A stretch of DNA of 64,000 nt from Eledone cirrhosa (Eukaryota). The stretch is from NCBI GenBank assembly GCA_964016885.1, contig OZ024744.1, positions 42,656,001 through 42,720,000 of the forward strand. The letters run 5' to 3'. Both the position numbers and the translations under genes were made by a program. Shown piece after piece: positions 41,765-52,375 of the stretch. The stretch's first letter is position 1. Every line of letters starts with the position of its first letter. The notes under the pieces were generated by a model. It made no database searches and was not told the DNA's origin. It saw nothing but the letters and a program-made list of their open reading frames with translations.

Positions 41765-41997
41765 CCTTCCTTCCCCTCTCTCACTTCTTTTTACTCTTTC
41801 TCTTTCTCTCTCTATATTTGTCTTTCTCTGTCTCTCTCACAAACTTGGTGTTTCCTTCTCTTTTTCTTTCCCTTTTTCTTTTGTAATTATTTCTCTTTTT
41901 ATCTTCTCTTTATTTTTCACTCCCACCTTCTCTACCCCCTTCTCTCTTTATCTAAACATTTATCAATCTCCCATTCCCTTATTCATTCTTATCTCTC
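41765..41997. repeat. CT-rich low-complexity tract
   Basis: Polypyrimidine (CT/TTC) runs; source of the spurious F/S/L-rich ORF 41762..42058. Confidence 0.85.
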
Positions 41998-42062
41998 CAA
42001 CGTTTTACTTTCAGAGTTCTTTCCCTTGTTAACAGTTTTATACGTTTTTTGTGCGTAACTAC

Positions 42063-42338
42063 TCGTGTGTTCTTGAGCAATACATTTTATTTCACGTTGC
42101 TCCAGTTTACTCAGCTGTTGAAATGAGTTGCAGCATCACTGGTGCCAAGCTGTATCGGCCTTGACCTTTCCTTTGGATAATATCGGTGACATGGAGAGGG
42201 GAAACTGGTATGCATGTGCAACTGCTGGTCTTCCACAAACAACCTTGCCCGGACTTGTGCCTCGGAGGAGAACTTTCTAAGTGCAAATCCCATGGTCATT
42301 GGTGACCGAAGGGGGGTCTTTACCTTTACCTTACCTTA
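42063..42338 (+). mobile_element. 5'-truncated SINE (octopus-type) with (CCTTTA/CCTTA)n tail
   Basis: Core GTGTTCTTGAGCAATACATTTTATTTCACGTTGCTCCAGTTTACTCAGCTG...AAATGAGTTG shared with 41431-41690; simple-repeat tail TTTACCTTTACCTTACCTTAC. Confidence 0.7.
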
Positions 42339-42434
42339 CTCTTTTATATATTGCTCTACGTATCTTCGAATGTTAATAAACTAATGTCGTTTGCGACAAC
42401 ATGTTGTATGTGGCCACTGCGTATCAGTTGGATG

Positions 42435-44501
42435 TGTAGCAGGAGTTGCCTCCCTTGTTGTGACACTCACATCCCCAATAGATTAACGCTCTCTAGACAG
42501 GAAGTAGAACCCTTTCTGTAACTTCCGGTCAGAACCCTATAAAACTAATAACGTTAAGCTCCCCCTCTCTCATTTGCCTTTCCGGCGCATGGCCTTCGCC
42601 AGGCGTCTTCTGCCAGGCAACCAAAACGGTAACTAATAACTTTGCTTCATTCTTTCATCTATTCATTGACATGTCAACTATACTGTTCTATATATCCACA
42701 AATTGTTTATTAAATATTATACACACAAACCAATCGTCTTTGTTATATTCATACAACCCAGTATTTTGCTATAAGTGGTGACCCCGACGTGATGCGAACA
42801 CGCAGCCGTTCATTGTTATAAGTGGTGACCCCGAAAAAAGAAAAAAATAGCAGAATTTGCTGTTGTGTGAGTAACATTACGAATAGACAGCAAATTTTAT
42901 TGACAAACTATGAAAATACTCAGTCAAAGAAACGCACACACGCACATGCGAAATGTTCGTGCAGACAGACTCTTTTTCTCTCACACATCAACTAACTGTC
43001 GCATTTCACTGTGTATATATATATATGTTTCTCGTTTTTTACAACGAACACTTTAAAAACAAACAAATAAAAAAGAAATTTGATTTTTTTTTTTAAACAT
43101 TTCAACAGGAACATTTATTTTCGATGAACCTCAACCATTGCCTTTTTTTTTCATCGTTTTCTTCATCGTTCAAGTTTTTTCCAAAGTTCACACCAAAAAA
43201 AAAAAAAAAAAATTTAACTCGCCATATTTGTTATACTAAGTGAAGCCTTTCTTTCTTTTTCATTATTGTCACTTTCACGCACACATTTTTTCAAAATGGC
43301 TGCCAACGACCTGTTGCACTATCATTTTCGCGCCATTTTCTCGCGCATTAGAAATTTTTTTTTTTCAACTTAACCTTGTTTTGGCACGTGTAGGCAGCAG
43401 GATTCTCAACTCACGGAGATATCTCGATTCACTGAGATAGCCACACGCCAGGGATAACGTTTCTCGCCAAGGATTCTCCAGCCTTAAGCTATATTCTCAT
43501 ATTTGCCGGTTTAAAAATTTACCACGTAAATTTGCCGTTGAAAACTGCGCATTTATTCAGAATGCTTATTTCTTTGGTCGCTGGCCTCTTGACCCTTACA
43601 GGTCAACGCATTCTCAACATCGACCATCAACTTCGGCTTTTATGTCTAGCACTTTGCGCAACTCATTTTTTCTGAAAAATCTTTTTTACTGTGAATTTAA
43701 ACATCGAATACGCTCACTCCGCGAGGCAACAACAGCACAGCTTCATCTTTTCGTTATCAACAACCAAAACCAGCAGAACAAAACACAGAGAATTTATTTT
43801 TTCAGCACTCTTCCTGTGAGAAAATCCCACTGCCTTCGGAGGTTGGGAATTTCACGTTGTACCACAGTCTAGAAACCACCTGCATACATTCTTTCCTGCT
43901 GTCACCTGTGAACTATATACTTTGTGCATTTGAACTTTGAGCTCTTCTCTTACTTTATTACATTGTATCTTTGGGTGATGGATAGATAGATGTTCAGTCG
44001 TTCTCTGGCCAAGAGCGGTTGGCTACCTTCATATCCATCATTGATTTTTGCAAACATTTTTTTTTTCGTAATGTTCATGCCTGTTACAACATTCTCGCCA
44101 ACTTACTACATACATATTTCATTCGATTTTTATATTTTAAAAATCTGGCGGGAGATAATGTAGCAGGAGTTGCCTCCCTTGTTGTGACACTCACATCCCA
44201 ATAGATTAACGCTTTCTAGACAGGAAGTAGAACCCTTTCTGTAACTTCAGGTCAGAACCCTATAAAACTAACAACTTTAAGTTCTCTCTCTCTCATTTGC
44301 CTTTCCGGCGCCTGGCCTTCGCCAGGCGTCTTCTGCCAGGCAACCAAAAACGGTAACTAATAACTTTGCTTCATTCTTTCATCTATTCATTGACATGTCA
44401 ACTATACTGTTCTATATATATCCACAAATTGTTAATTAAATATTATAAACACAAACCAATCGTCTCTTTGTTATACTCATACGCACTAGTATTCTGTTAT
44501 A
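42435..44501 (+). mobile_element. Complete non-autonomous LTR retrotransposon (2,067 bp), tRNA-Trp primed
   Basis: Direct-repeat LTRs 42435-42773 and 44159-44501 (TGTAGC...TATA), 4-bp TSD GATG (42431-42434 / 44502-44505), PBS TGGTGACCCCGACGTGAT at 42776, PPT GGCGGGAGATAA before the 3' LTR. The ~1.4-kb interior has no recognisable gag/pol. Confidence 0.92.
42776..42807 (+). other. Extended tRNA-Trp primer-binding site
   Basis: TGGTGACCCCGACGTGATgCGAACACGCAGCC is the complement of the 3' 32 nt of metazoan tRNA-Trp(CCA), including the CCA end, 2 nt after the 5' LTR. Confidence 0.88.
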
Positions 44502-45904
44502 GATGGACAACAAAACTAACGAGTCAGCCCTGGAGGAGATGAGAACATAATGGCAGACGGTTGCAACAATAAGTAACCGAAACCTACAATATTTTGGCCA
44601 TGTCATTAGGGCCCAGAACCTCTGTACAAACATCCTGGAGGGAGGCATCAATTACAGCAAAAGACCAAGACGAAGACTCAGGATATGATGGAGTGATCGC
44701 ATCAGGGAATGAAGAAACAGAACTAACGCTGGTTGAGTGCACGGTCGTGGCGAAGGGGAGGAGCCAGTAGAGAACATTAGCGCCATTGTCCATGCTCCTA
44801 GCCTCTCAATAATGTGGATGGGAAAAGAAGAATATCCTTGAAATATATTTTTTTTTTATAAATCAGAAGGATTAATGTGTACGCTTGTGTGTGTGCTCAT
44901 GGGTGCATGTTATTTGTATATGTGTGTGCGTGTTATGATGTATACGTTATGCATATATTTAAATATCCTTGAAATATATAAAAATAATAAAAATATGAAT
45001 GTATGCATGTAAAGTGAAGCGAAGTTAGTAGTTGAAAATGGATAAACATGACAGAATAGTTAATTCGGTTAGATATAAAATTTACTTTTTTATCAGAAAT
45101 ATATGGGTTTTATTACAGTTGTATAAATTTACAGTTGAATAACATTACAAATATGTTTTAAATATATACATAAATAACATTACAAATCGCTCGCAATTCG
45201 CAGTTGCAAGGACCTTATCTGGAGTACCCGCCAAGCAAGCATCATCCAGATACCAGACATTCAGATCCAGGGCAACTCCCAACTTTGTAATGTCATCAAA
45301 ACTCAGAGCGAAAAGTGCAGGTCTGAGCGGGTCACCCTGTTGGACCCCTGTGGCAGATATGTATCGAAATTATCCTATGTTTTACCTGGTGAAGATTCGA
45401 AACCGAATCTGAGGGTTCTCGCCTCTAAAACCACCTATTGTTAGGAGTTTCCCACCATTGTCCTGTCAAGAGACAGCTATGATAAACCTATATACCACTT
45501 GACCTGTGACTCCAGGTTCTTGACAAAAGAAACACATATGGCTACTCATAAATCAACTCATATATACATCCTTCTAGCTATAGGGTTATTATAAATACAA
45601 GTACTTAGGGAATCGACCAGAGGGACCGAAGCAGCAGTCCGTGAGAGATTACGATGTAGTATATTCACGTTCTACAGACCTTTTACCCTGTCTCTCTCCT
45701 GGCTTTACAGGCTCTCATATTTCATACCCGCTCGGCAGATTGACCAACTGCAGAAACAACGTAACTTAAGGATAAACAAACACAAACACACACGCAGTAG
45801 GTTTACTTATGTTTTTCCCTAATCCTTCGTCTTCCTGTTATTTCACTTCTATTGTATCGTTTCATTTTTAGAAGTATTTAAAAGGATATCAACGAGAATA
45901 ATAA

Positions 45905-46036
45905 TAATTGTTTCTATTCTAGGCACAAGGCCAGCAAATACCCAGTACATTACTGGTACTTTATTTTATCGACCCCGTAAGGATGAAAGGCAAAGTTAAC
46001 CTCGGCGGGATTTGAACTCAGATCATAAAGGGCCGT
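45905..46036 (-). mobile_element. 5'-truncated SINE with 14-bp TSD
   Basis: Reverse complement of the CTGAGTTCAAATCCCGCCGAGGTTAACTTTGCC...GGGTCGATAAAATAAAGTACCAG family; TSD AACGAGAATAATAA at 45891-45904 and 46037-46050. Confidence 0.88.
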
Positions 46037-46151
46037 AACGAGAATAATAAAAATAATGATGTATTATGTCACCAGTATAGCAGCAAGTAATAGTAACAGT
46101 TTAGCTGTTAAATAATATTATGCCATGTAATAACAATATCAACAACATTAT

Positions 46152-46322
46152 TTGGCAGTATCGGTAGAGGGTCGGGCGCCATGGTTTGAAGCATAGAGTT
46201 ACCCCCCTTTATGATCTGAGTTCAAATCCCGCCGAGGTTAACTTTGCCTTACGGGGTCGATAAAATAAAGTACCAGTAATGCACTGTGTAATAGTGGCCT
46301 GGTGCCAAAAGTAGAAACAATT
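46152..46322 (+). mobile_element. tRNA-derived SINE (octopus-type)
   Basis: A-box-like TGGCAGTATCGG, B-box GAGTTCAAATCC, shared body and 3' end; near-identical to 62185-62359. Confidence 0.88.
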
Positions 46323-47629
46323 ATATATTTTGTTGTAACAGGAAAAGTATAATGTATTAACAAAGGTTAAAGTGAGAAGAGCTGGTATGAGCTGGACTGG
46401 CATGCCAAAACAAATGAACAAACGAATTAAGATTGCAGAAGGCACGGTCTACTGGCTGATGTGTTGGTCAGGTCCGTGGTTAAATTGTTGTGTTATATAT
46501 TGGTTAATTATTGCGGAGCAAAAGAAAAATTGTTGTTACCTTTCTACAGTTGAAGCAAAAGAGATCGAATTTATTGAAAGTCGCGGGAAAGTTTCAGTTT
46601 GGACGGAAGTTGAAAATACATATCCGTGCGCGGCTCACGATTGGCTTGACTTAGCCAAATCACGCACGGACAGCCTATCAATGCCCCAAAGGAAAGTAGC
46701 TTGCTACACATTGATATAAGCATACATGCTAGCTCGAAGTAGCTAGTCAGCAAATAATGTAGTGATAATTGGTGTCACGATTTTATTACTAGATATTCGA
46801 TGTACCAACAAGTGAATATTGTTATTGTAAAATAAACATTGTCAACATCACAATTCTGGCATTATTCTTTTTATCATTCGTCCTGAAAAGGATACATTTA
46901 TCCACTACAGATGGAAGGAAATGGTCACCGAAGGTGAGGTAGAAGGGCTTCTGGTAGGCTTGCCAAGCAAAGTGATAAAGCTGCGAGGGTCCCTCCTTTG
47001 CTGAGCGGAGGATGACATCCCGACTGATGGAATTAAAAGCATTCCTGAGGTCTAGCTTGAGAATGACCTTGGGGTTTCGGAAGGCAAGTTGGTAAATGCT
47101 TTGGTGGTGTGAGCGACAGACTCACAACCCAGCTTTGTACCCACTCCTAGCTGAATAGGGCGGGTAGGCTGTCTGAAATCGAAGACAGACATACTTTCGT
47201 AGTAAGCCGTCGCAGAGTGCACCAAACTGCTATTGGGCGGAGGTCTCCGTTGGGCTTTGTGAGACCGAACAGTTTAGCTCCAAAGATCAGGGGGTGGATA
47301 TTATCGGACGAGAACAGGTTGATGTCTCTTTTGTAAGAGAAAATTCTCTCTCTGTCCGCGCTCCATGACAGCCTATTTATCGAACGTTAGTTATATTTTG
47401 ATCAAAGTTCGATGACCTCCCGCTGCGTTCTCTTTCATAGGAATAGCCATGTCAGTGAAAGGAAACGCTGGAACATTTCTTTCGCTACATTAGTTCGCCA
47501 CCCAGATCGAAACGGGAGTCGCAATCGATAATCGAAACGGTAGCGAAATAGAGAATCAATGACCTTGGACCAAAAACTGGCATCTACTTCCCTTGTAGAA
47601 AGAGAGAGAGAAAAAAATACCCTAAGAAG

Positions 47630-49135
47630 GAGGCATTGGTCCGACGATGTCAATGTGAACATGTTGGAAACGCGTATCTGGTGTTGTGAAGTTCCCAGAA
47701 GTGTTCTGACATCCTGGTGAATTTTTGCCTTCTGACACTGGACTCGACGTCTGGCTCATTCCCTGATATCATTGTTCTCACCAACCCAGACAAACCGGTC
47801 TGTTATTAACTTCAGGGTAGAGTTGGCACCAGGATGCGATAGGTTGAGCAGCGCAGAAAAAAACGAACATCGATGCTTTAGAGGTACGTAAGGGCGCGCG
47901 TGACTCGTAGACACATCACACCAAATAACACCAGGAGAGGCTGATGGAAAAAGAGGTGTGCATTGCACCCAAGTGTGTGCGAGAAAGGGCGTCGGCTGCA
48001 GAGTTGTCTGAACCCTTAGAACTTGATGTTTGCTTAGTATTTCGATATTAAGTTTATCTACATAAGTACTATATTAGCGTCTGTTAATTGTATGGCTGCA
48101 AACAACTGTAATAATTAACTCTGCCAGATTTTTCAGCTGCTTAATATGGCGAATATCTGTAGTATACTGGGATATAAAATCCATTTGACACACTTCTCTA
48201 GGTGAGTGGTGGTCAGGCTTGGAATATAAAGCGTACGTGAGAGGTTTATAGTCCATGTAAATAGAAAACACAGAACCTTCTAACATGTGCCGGAAATGTC
48301 TCACACTGAGGTACGCTGCCAAACATTCCCGACCAAATGTGCTATACTTTGTTTCAGCAGGTTTGAGTCGCCTAGAGAAGAATGAAATTGGTTGCCATGC
48401 ATTGTCTACACATTGTTGGAGGACGCCACGGACCCCGACATCCAATATATCGACGAACAGACAAAGCGGTGCGTCAGGTTTGGGATGATCCAACATTGTG
48501 GACTCTGTCAAGACCCTCTTCATTTTAAGAAAAGCAGCTGCTTGTGCATCATCGAAAGTGATAAGCTGGTTCTTTCGATTGCACTGCCTTAGGATGTCTG
48601 TTAGCGGCTGGAGAAACTCTGCACATCGATGTATGAATCGGCAGTAAAAGTTTATGGGGCCGAAGAACTCATATACTTTCTCAGAGACGTTGGAGAGGGA
48701 AAATCTAAAATGGATTTACTTTGTCATGGAGGAGTGCGGACTCCTTGTTCGTCGATATGGTGTCCCAGAAAATCAAGGAGGGAAACACCAAAAAAGCATT
48801 TTCTGGGGTTGATAATGACACCAAATTGAGAAAAACGCCCGAAAAGCAATTGTAGGTTCCTTTCGTGTTCCTCACGGGATGTGCTGGCTATCAGCATATC
48901 ATCAATGTACGAGTAGACGTAGGGTAAACCACGTACTACTGTGTCGATGAAACGCTGGAAGGTTGATGCAACATTGCGTAAACCGGATGGCAGTCTAAGA
49001 AACTCTGAAGAGGGCGAAATGAGTTGTAATGGCCGTTTTAAGTATGTCTTCCGGTTCAACAGGAATCTGGTTGTACGCCCACACGAGGTCAATTTTCGAA
49101 AAGACCCTAGCTTCATGTAGGGTAGTTGCCGCCGT
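47630..49135 (-). pseudogene. pol: Degenerate Gypsy pol (RT C-terminal part, RNase H, integrase N-terminus)
   Basis: [16 protein letters not shown]; LPSGLRNVASTFQRFID...YIDDML; WQPISFFSRRLKPAETKYSTFGRE; HPGANSTLKLITDRFVW. Frameshifts and stops present; protease/RT N-terminus and the IN core are deleted. Confidence 0.9.
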
Positions 49136-49149
49136 TACTGCCTGGCCAC

Positions 49150-49960
49150 GTCGTTTCCCAGAACATAACGGGAGTCCTTTCTAAAAGCACAGGGCAATAG
49201 GCATTTACTGGCCCTTTCATCGAATTTACGGTTGTAACAGTATATGAGATCGGTCACCCGGGTACGACTCGGGTCTCCCGGGCGCTGATGGAAAGCTCAC
49301 CGAGATGAGCTGGCGTTGCTGCGTGGCTGTGTCTGCAGTTTAGCCATAAATGCGTTCAATTGTGCCTCCTGGTTTTCCACCCGAGCCTCCAGAGACACTA
49401 CCTCCAAAACAGAAGATGAGGAAGGGGAAGGATAAAATGAGGAAGAAAAAGAGCTTACTAGTGTATGTATGTGTGTCTCATGGGCCACAAATGACAGTGG
49501 CGCTGCTACCGCCATTATTCTATCGGCTGAATCTGCTAGCGCCTCAATTGGGGTGGATGCTTTACTGGCCGCCAAAATGCTGCAATTGGCTGGCAGCAGC
49601 CTTTGTAGGAAAAGTTGTTTCAAGATGACCGGCTCCATGGTGTTCTATCCCAACAGTTGCTTTAACTGGACTGTGACGGTTCCCTATCGCCTAACACCTC
49701 CGAATAAAGCAGCTTGTTAATCCATTGCTGCTGAGAGACGGATGTTCGCTTTACAAGTTTGGACCGAAATGTGGCATATGAATATGGGCCTGCTGGTGCT
49801 GTAAGTAAATCCTGGATCTCCTGCAGTTGTTCAGGGGGAAGCGCCCCGACAACATGGGAAATGTTGGTCCGGTCTGCCGAAATATTGTGTTTGAAATTAG
49901 GCCTCGATATATCTGAACCAAATTGTAGGATCATGAGGCCAGAATGTCAGGATCCACAGG
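49150..49960 (-). pseudogene. gag: Degenerate CsRn1/Kabuki-type gag
   Basis: HVVGALPPEQLQEIQDLL...KRTSVSQQQ...LGDREPSQ; LKQLFLQRLLP...LADSADRIM; degenerate CHCC knuckle YCYNRKFDERASKCLLPC at ~49185-49250. Confidence 0.85.
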
Positions 49961-50034
49961 GATATTGCTGCTTGTAACGTAGATGATGCTGGTGATAGTT
50001 CCATATTGAAGCGAAGCTTGGTAAATATTGATTA

Positions 50035-50074
50035 ATCAGAAAGCTGCATGTTCGAAACACGTCGGGGGTCACCA
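50035..50074 (-). other. Extended tRNA-Trp primer-binding site (tRNA 3' half)
   Basis: Plus strand ATCAGAAAGCTGCATGTTCGAAACACGTCGGGGGTCACCA vs tRNA-Trp ATCAGAAGGCTGCGTGTTCGAATCACGTCGGGGTCACCA (3 substitutions, 1 extra G), 2 nt from the LTR end. Confidence 0.85.
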
Positions 50075-50167
50075 ATTGAAGTGAAGCGAAGTTAGTAATT
50101 GTTGAAAATAAACAGGACAGAATAGTTAATTCGGTTAGATATAGCATTTCACTTCAGTTAGAAACAT

Positions 50168-50328
50168 ATAATTGTTTCTACTATAGGCACAAGGCCAGCA
50201 AATTTGGGGGAGGGAAAAGTCGATTAGATCTATCCCAGTGTATAACTGCTGCTTTATTTTATCTACTAGGTAAGAATGAAAGGCAAAGTAAACCTTGGCG
50301 GGATTTGAACTCAGAAGGTAAAGGGCCA
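50168..50328 (-). mobile_element. SINE (related subfamily), truncating the Gypsy 5' LTR
   Basis: TTGTTTCTACTATAGGCACAAGGCCAG...GAAAGGCAAAGTAAACCTTGGCGGGATTTGAACTCAG, the reverse complement of the SINE family. Confidence 0.82.
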
Positions 50329-50399
50329 AAACCCTCTGTCACAAAGCAGGGTGTCCGATGATCTCCCAATACTGCCAATCAAAGCGTGTACACAAAGAA

Positions 50400-51480
50400 A
50401 ATAGCTAACAAAGTAACAATAAATTTATAACAAAATTCCCAAATAGAGGTTAGCCCCACCCAGGTATCCAAAGCCACCCTAATCACCAAGAGCACCATAG
50501 GAAAATGTCTCTCTCATCACTTAGCTCTCCAGCCTACAGGGATGTTCCAAGGAAGCCCATTCTATCAGGGCATCTTCACTACATTCACCCACCTTTTAAC
50601 AATTATGCAGGAGGGTATCACTTCATTCTTCTCCCTCACATTCCTTTCCAAGTAGAACTTGAAAAAGTCAGTGAGAGATTGGCTGAAGTGTCCTATCCAC
50701 TACGCAACCTGTTTTGCCAAAACCACCAGAGTAAGAAAACTGCTCGCCTCTTCAGAATGGACTTCTACACGTGACAGCAAAATTTTCAACATAACTCCAC
50801 ATATCAATAATGCACCGGCAACATTTCTATGCCTGCGGAATTTATCTTGAGGCATCCAGTGGCGTTACAAGGCTGGAGATTCCTGGAAGTTATCCTTAGA
50901 CCATGGGCGAAAAGTTTTTCAGAATAGACCATCTAATTCGTTCTTGATGACATCTAAAGTAACCATAGGAAACCTTTTTCAAGCAGTGGCTGCAGAGGAT
51001 GTGGTTCATAAAGGTGGGCTGCACAACTAAAAAATTCAAGGCAATTTTGAAATTAGGCGTGCTATTCAGAAAACCAAACGGACCGAATGCGACTCGCGGG
51101 CCGCAGTTTGGTCATGACGGATCTAGAGTTTCCTTGAGAATATCATCACATTTCCCCAGCAACAATCCTTTCTATAAAACTTCCACCGATTGCATTACCC
51201 AACTGGTAGATGACTGTGAGCAACCAATAGCATCCCAGATATCAGGCACTCTGTCATGGTCTTTTATTCACCTGGATAGGGAAATGAGCTGCCGAAAAGC
51301 GCATCTGAGAAAAGGAATTTCTGCATATGTCACAGTCTCTGCGCATCAACAACCACAGCTGGGGGTGTTGACAGTAGAATGGGCAGCCTGATCTTTGGAA
51401 CGCAGCCGCTCCAATCTAGTCAGACGGAAACTGGGGTCTGACAGGACAGTCAACGGTAAATGATAACAGAAGCGAAGTAA
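50400..51480 (-). mobile_element. Possible highly decayed LINE (L1/Tx1-like) 3' fragment
   Basis: Minus-strand peptide remnants DMWSYVE and SQSLTDFFKFYLERNVRE resemble Tx1-type ORF2 C-termini (from memory); no catalytic motif seen. Confidence 0.3.
50903..51120. mobile_element. Possible short hAT-type non-autonomous DNA transposon
   Basis: Right end CGCGGGCCGCAGTTTGGTCATGACGG followed by ATCTAGAG resembles hAT termini and the NTCTAGAN target; left flank CCTTAGAC; left TIR is poor. Confidence 0.35.
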
Positions 51481-51949
51481 GCGTTCGCGACATCAGCCTT
51501 GAACACTGTAAGGAGTTATGTCCCTTGCCAAATTTTCTTTTGTCTCACTTTTAAAGGTGAATCTTCAAATATTTTTCTTTTTTCTTTCCAGTACAGTTAT
51601 GTCCCTTTATTTCAAATTTCATCAGTGTAAACTTTTAAGTATAGATAGAGAATCCTTTATCCGAGATACTTTTGACTGAAAGTGTTTTTAATTTCGGATT
51701 TGGAGGGATTTTAGAATATTGGTATTTTGTAGACAGCGTATATAAAATGGGAAATTTTATATACATTTTTTTCTTTTTTTTTCCGAGGCGATGGTTTTCC
51801 ACCCTTTAGCGTAATCACACACCCTGTCCGATTTAGCGATATCGGGATTGGGCATGCTTTCCATTGGTCTTGTTGGCGCTGTTAGGGGTGGGACCATATA
51901 ACCCATGAAAGGAATGGAAAAAGAAGTTAAACAGTGATGATGATGATAA

Positions 51950-51966
51950 ATGTGTGTGTGTGAGAG

Positions 51967-52059
<93 letters not shown>
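51950..52059. repeat. (TG)n microsatellite with short (GA)n interruption
   Basis: Direct inspection. Confidence 0.97.
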
Positions 52060-52060
<1 letters not shown>

Positions 52061-52375
52061 CCCTGAAAGTAGTTTTGTATAAATTACACGGGATGTTTTA
52101 TAAAATTTTATATAAATTTTGGTGGTTTTTCCGATTTTGGAACTTCAGGCAAAAGAAGATTCTAAACCTGCACCAACAAAGAAATGGGACGGGTCGATTT
52201 CATCAAATTTACCTTCCCAGAAAATCTGTGACTCTGTACTTACGACGGAAATCTTTTTTTTTTTTTTTTTTTTTTTTTTCGTGTGATATCTTGTAATGTT
52301 TTCCATACATTCTCATTAATGTGCGTGCATGTGTGTGGTCATATACACATGCATCAGTATATATGTATGTGTGAA

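Larger units (their letters stand above)
42395..44810 (+). mobile_element. RTE-clade LINE 3' fragment, split by the LTR element at 42435-44501
   Basis: Joining the flanks gives LRISWM|DNKTNESALEEM...NRNLQYFGHVIRAQNLCTNILEGGIN...RPRRR...WSDRIRE, typical of the C-terminus of RTE/BovB-type ORFs; contains stops. Confidence 0.75.
45360..46909 (+). mobile_element. Probable solo LTR (TGTA...TACA), with two nested SINEs
   Basis: Inverted termini TGTA/TACA; flanks GATA/GATG (imperfect 4-bp TSD); AATAAA ~75 bp before the right end; removing it restores the CRE reading frame FGDHFLPS-ATGVQQG. Confidence 0.7.
45086..47320 (-). mobile_element. CRE-clade-like non-LTR retrotransposon, 5'-truncated and internally deleted, split by a solo LTR
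   Basis: Minus-strand translation: IFGAKLFGLTKPNGDLRPIAVWCTLRRLTTK, PIQLGVGTKLGCE, ILKLDLRNAFNSISR (46910-47300), then SATGVQQGDPLRPALFAL and LNVWYLDD (45230-45359). AATAAA plus short A tail at ~45086-45115. Confidence 0.8.
45010..50165 (-). mobile_element. Ty3/Gypsy LTR retrotransposon, CsRn1/Kabuki-like, internally deleted, 3' LTR disrupted by nested insertions
   Basis: 5' LTR remnant 50077-~50165; tRNA-Trp PBS 50035-50074; gag, RT, RNase H and IN remnants in Gypsy order; 3' LTR pieces 47324-47489 and 45010-45088 match the full LTR at 52376-52819. Confidence 0.88.

Noticed and set aside
50035-50074. Functional tRNA-Trp gene
   Set aside because: Only the 3' half is present, with encoded CCA, positioned 2 nt from an LTR; it is a PBS.
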